DNA of 38,865 nucleotides from Octopus bimaculoides (lineage: Eukaryota), in assembly GCF_001194135.2 (NCBI RefSeq), contig NC_068984.1:69435309-69474173 (forward strand), read 5' to 3'. The translations under genes were made by a program, and so were the position numbers. Of this stretch, positions 38,081 through 38,865 are shown piece by piece (position 1 is the first letter of the stretch; every line of letters starts with the position of its first letter). The notes under the pieces are model-generated. The model saw only the letters and a program-made list of their open reading frames with translations, was not told where the DNA came from and did not search any database.

Positions 38081-38253
38081 AGATTCACTTCAACATTTAA
38101 ATCTAATTTGCCAAAATATTTTCATCGCTCTGAGACTGGGACCTGTTCATTGATAAAATTCCATGCAGCACGAAATTTTGTCAGTGAACTGGTTGCAGTC
38201 TCAAAGCGACGAAAATATTTTGGCAAATTAAATTTAAATGTTGAAGCTAATCT
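38081..38253. repeat. 173-bp spacerless imperfect palindrome centred on 38167, with variant hammerhead-like arms
   Basis: 86-bp arms pair without indels. Confidence 0.93.
38177..38227 (+). ncRNA. Hammerhead-like fold with G3:C8 core variant (mirror copy at 38107-38157, minus strand)
   Basis: TTTGTCA-GTGAACt-G-GTTGC(AGTCTCAAA)GCGAC-GAAA-ATAT-T-T-TGGCAAA. Confidence 0.55.
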
Positions 38254-38519
38254 AACGGTTTTTGTGTGCTTCTTAAATGGCTTATAAACACCTTCCATGC
38301 TGTAAAAAGATTTATATTTTTTTTAAATACCATAATAAAAAACGTGTAAACCAGACCATGTTTTAACTTTATTCAACCGATATATTATTCTATAAACATT
38401 TACACAAATTCAGAATATATATATACATATTACAGGCAAGAAAGTAATATTTCAATTGCAATATAGCTGTGAAAACAGCAGAAAGACTGGGTATTTTATG
38501 TATGTATGTATATATCTTT

Positions 38520-38742
38520 TATTGTTTACATTACAAGCTTTCAGTTATTGAACTGCAGCTATGCTGGGACACTGCCTTGAAAGGGTTAGTTGAACAAATA
38601 GATCTCAGTACTTATTTTGTTTTAAGTCTAATTTTTGTTCAAATGATCTGTTTTGCCAAACTGCTAAGTTACTAGAATGTAAAAAAAAACGAGTTGTCAA
38701 GTGGTGGGAGAACATACACAAATGCATAGACTCACACACACG

Positions 38743-38786
<44 letters not shown>

Positions 38787-38865
38787 TACATGTATTCGAT
38801 AAGTTTCCACACAGTTTCCATCTACTAAATTCACTCACAAAGCATCAATTAGTCCAAGGATATAG
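38520..38865 (-). mobile_element. SINE family A copy running off the window end
   Basis: gctatgctgggacactgccttgaaaggg...ctgctaagttac...cagtttccatctactaaattcactcacaa. Confidence 0.85.

Noticed and set aside
1-38865. CRISPR array, rRNA, operon-like or prokaryotic defence system
   Set aside because: No regularly spaced repeats with unique spacers, no rRNA-like sequence, no gene-dense region; the DNA is eukaryotic non-coding in character.

Overview
AT-rich, repeat-dense animal DNA, most likely octopus (inferred from the repeat families I recognise; not verified). I cannot support any intact host protein-coding gene. Nearly every ORF in the track is a microsatellite artefact or a decayed transposon fragment. 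The sequence does support: two Penelope-like (PLE) ORF remnants (12.8-13.2 kb with GIY-YIG motifs; 15.7-16.1 kb), a decayed Helitron Rep/helicase remnant (19.4-20.6 kb) with a scrambled partial copy at 18.0-18.3 kb, a mariner transposase C-terminus with a probable terminal repeat (29.9-30.1 kb), two LINE RT remnants, many tRNA-derived SINE copies from several families, two copies of a MITE-like repeat, many microsatellites and three assembly gaps. Main hunt result: four separate loci carry degenerate minimal type-I hammerhead-ribozyme-like motifs of the PLE type. Three lie in head-to-head palindromes, with the motif always reading outward from the centre. One of these follows a tRNA-like Pol III head. 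Another reconstructs to a G3:C8 compensatory core variant. Every copy here carries at least one damaging change, so activity is inference. Repeat boundaries are approximate unless stated as exact.
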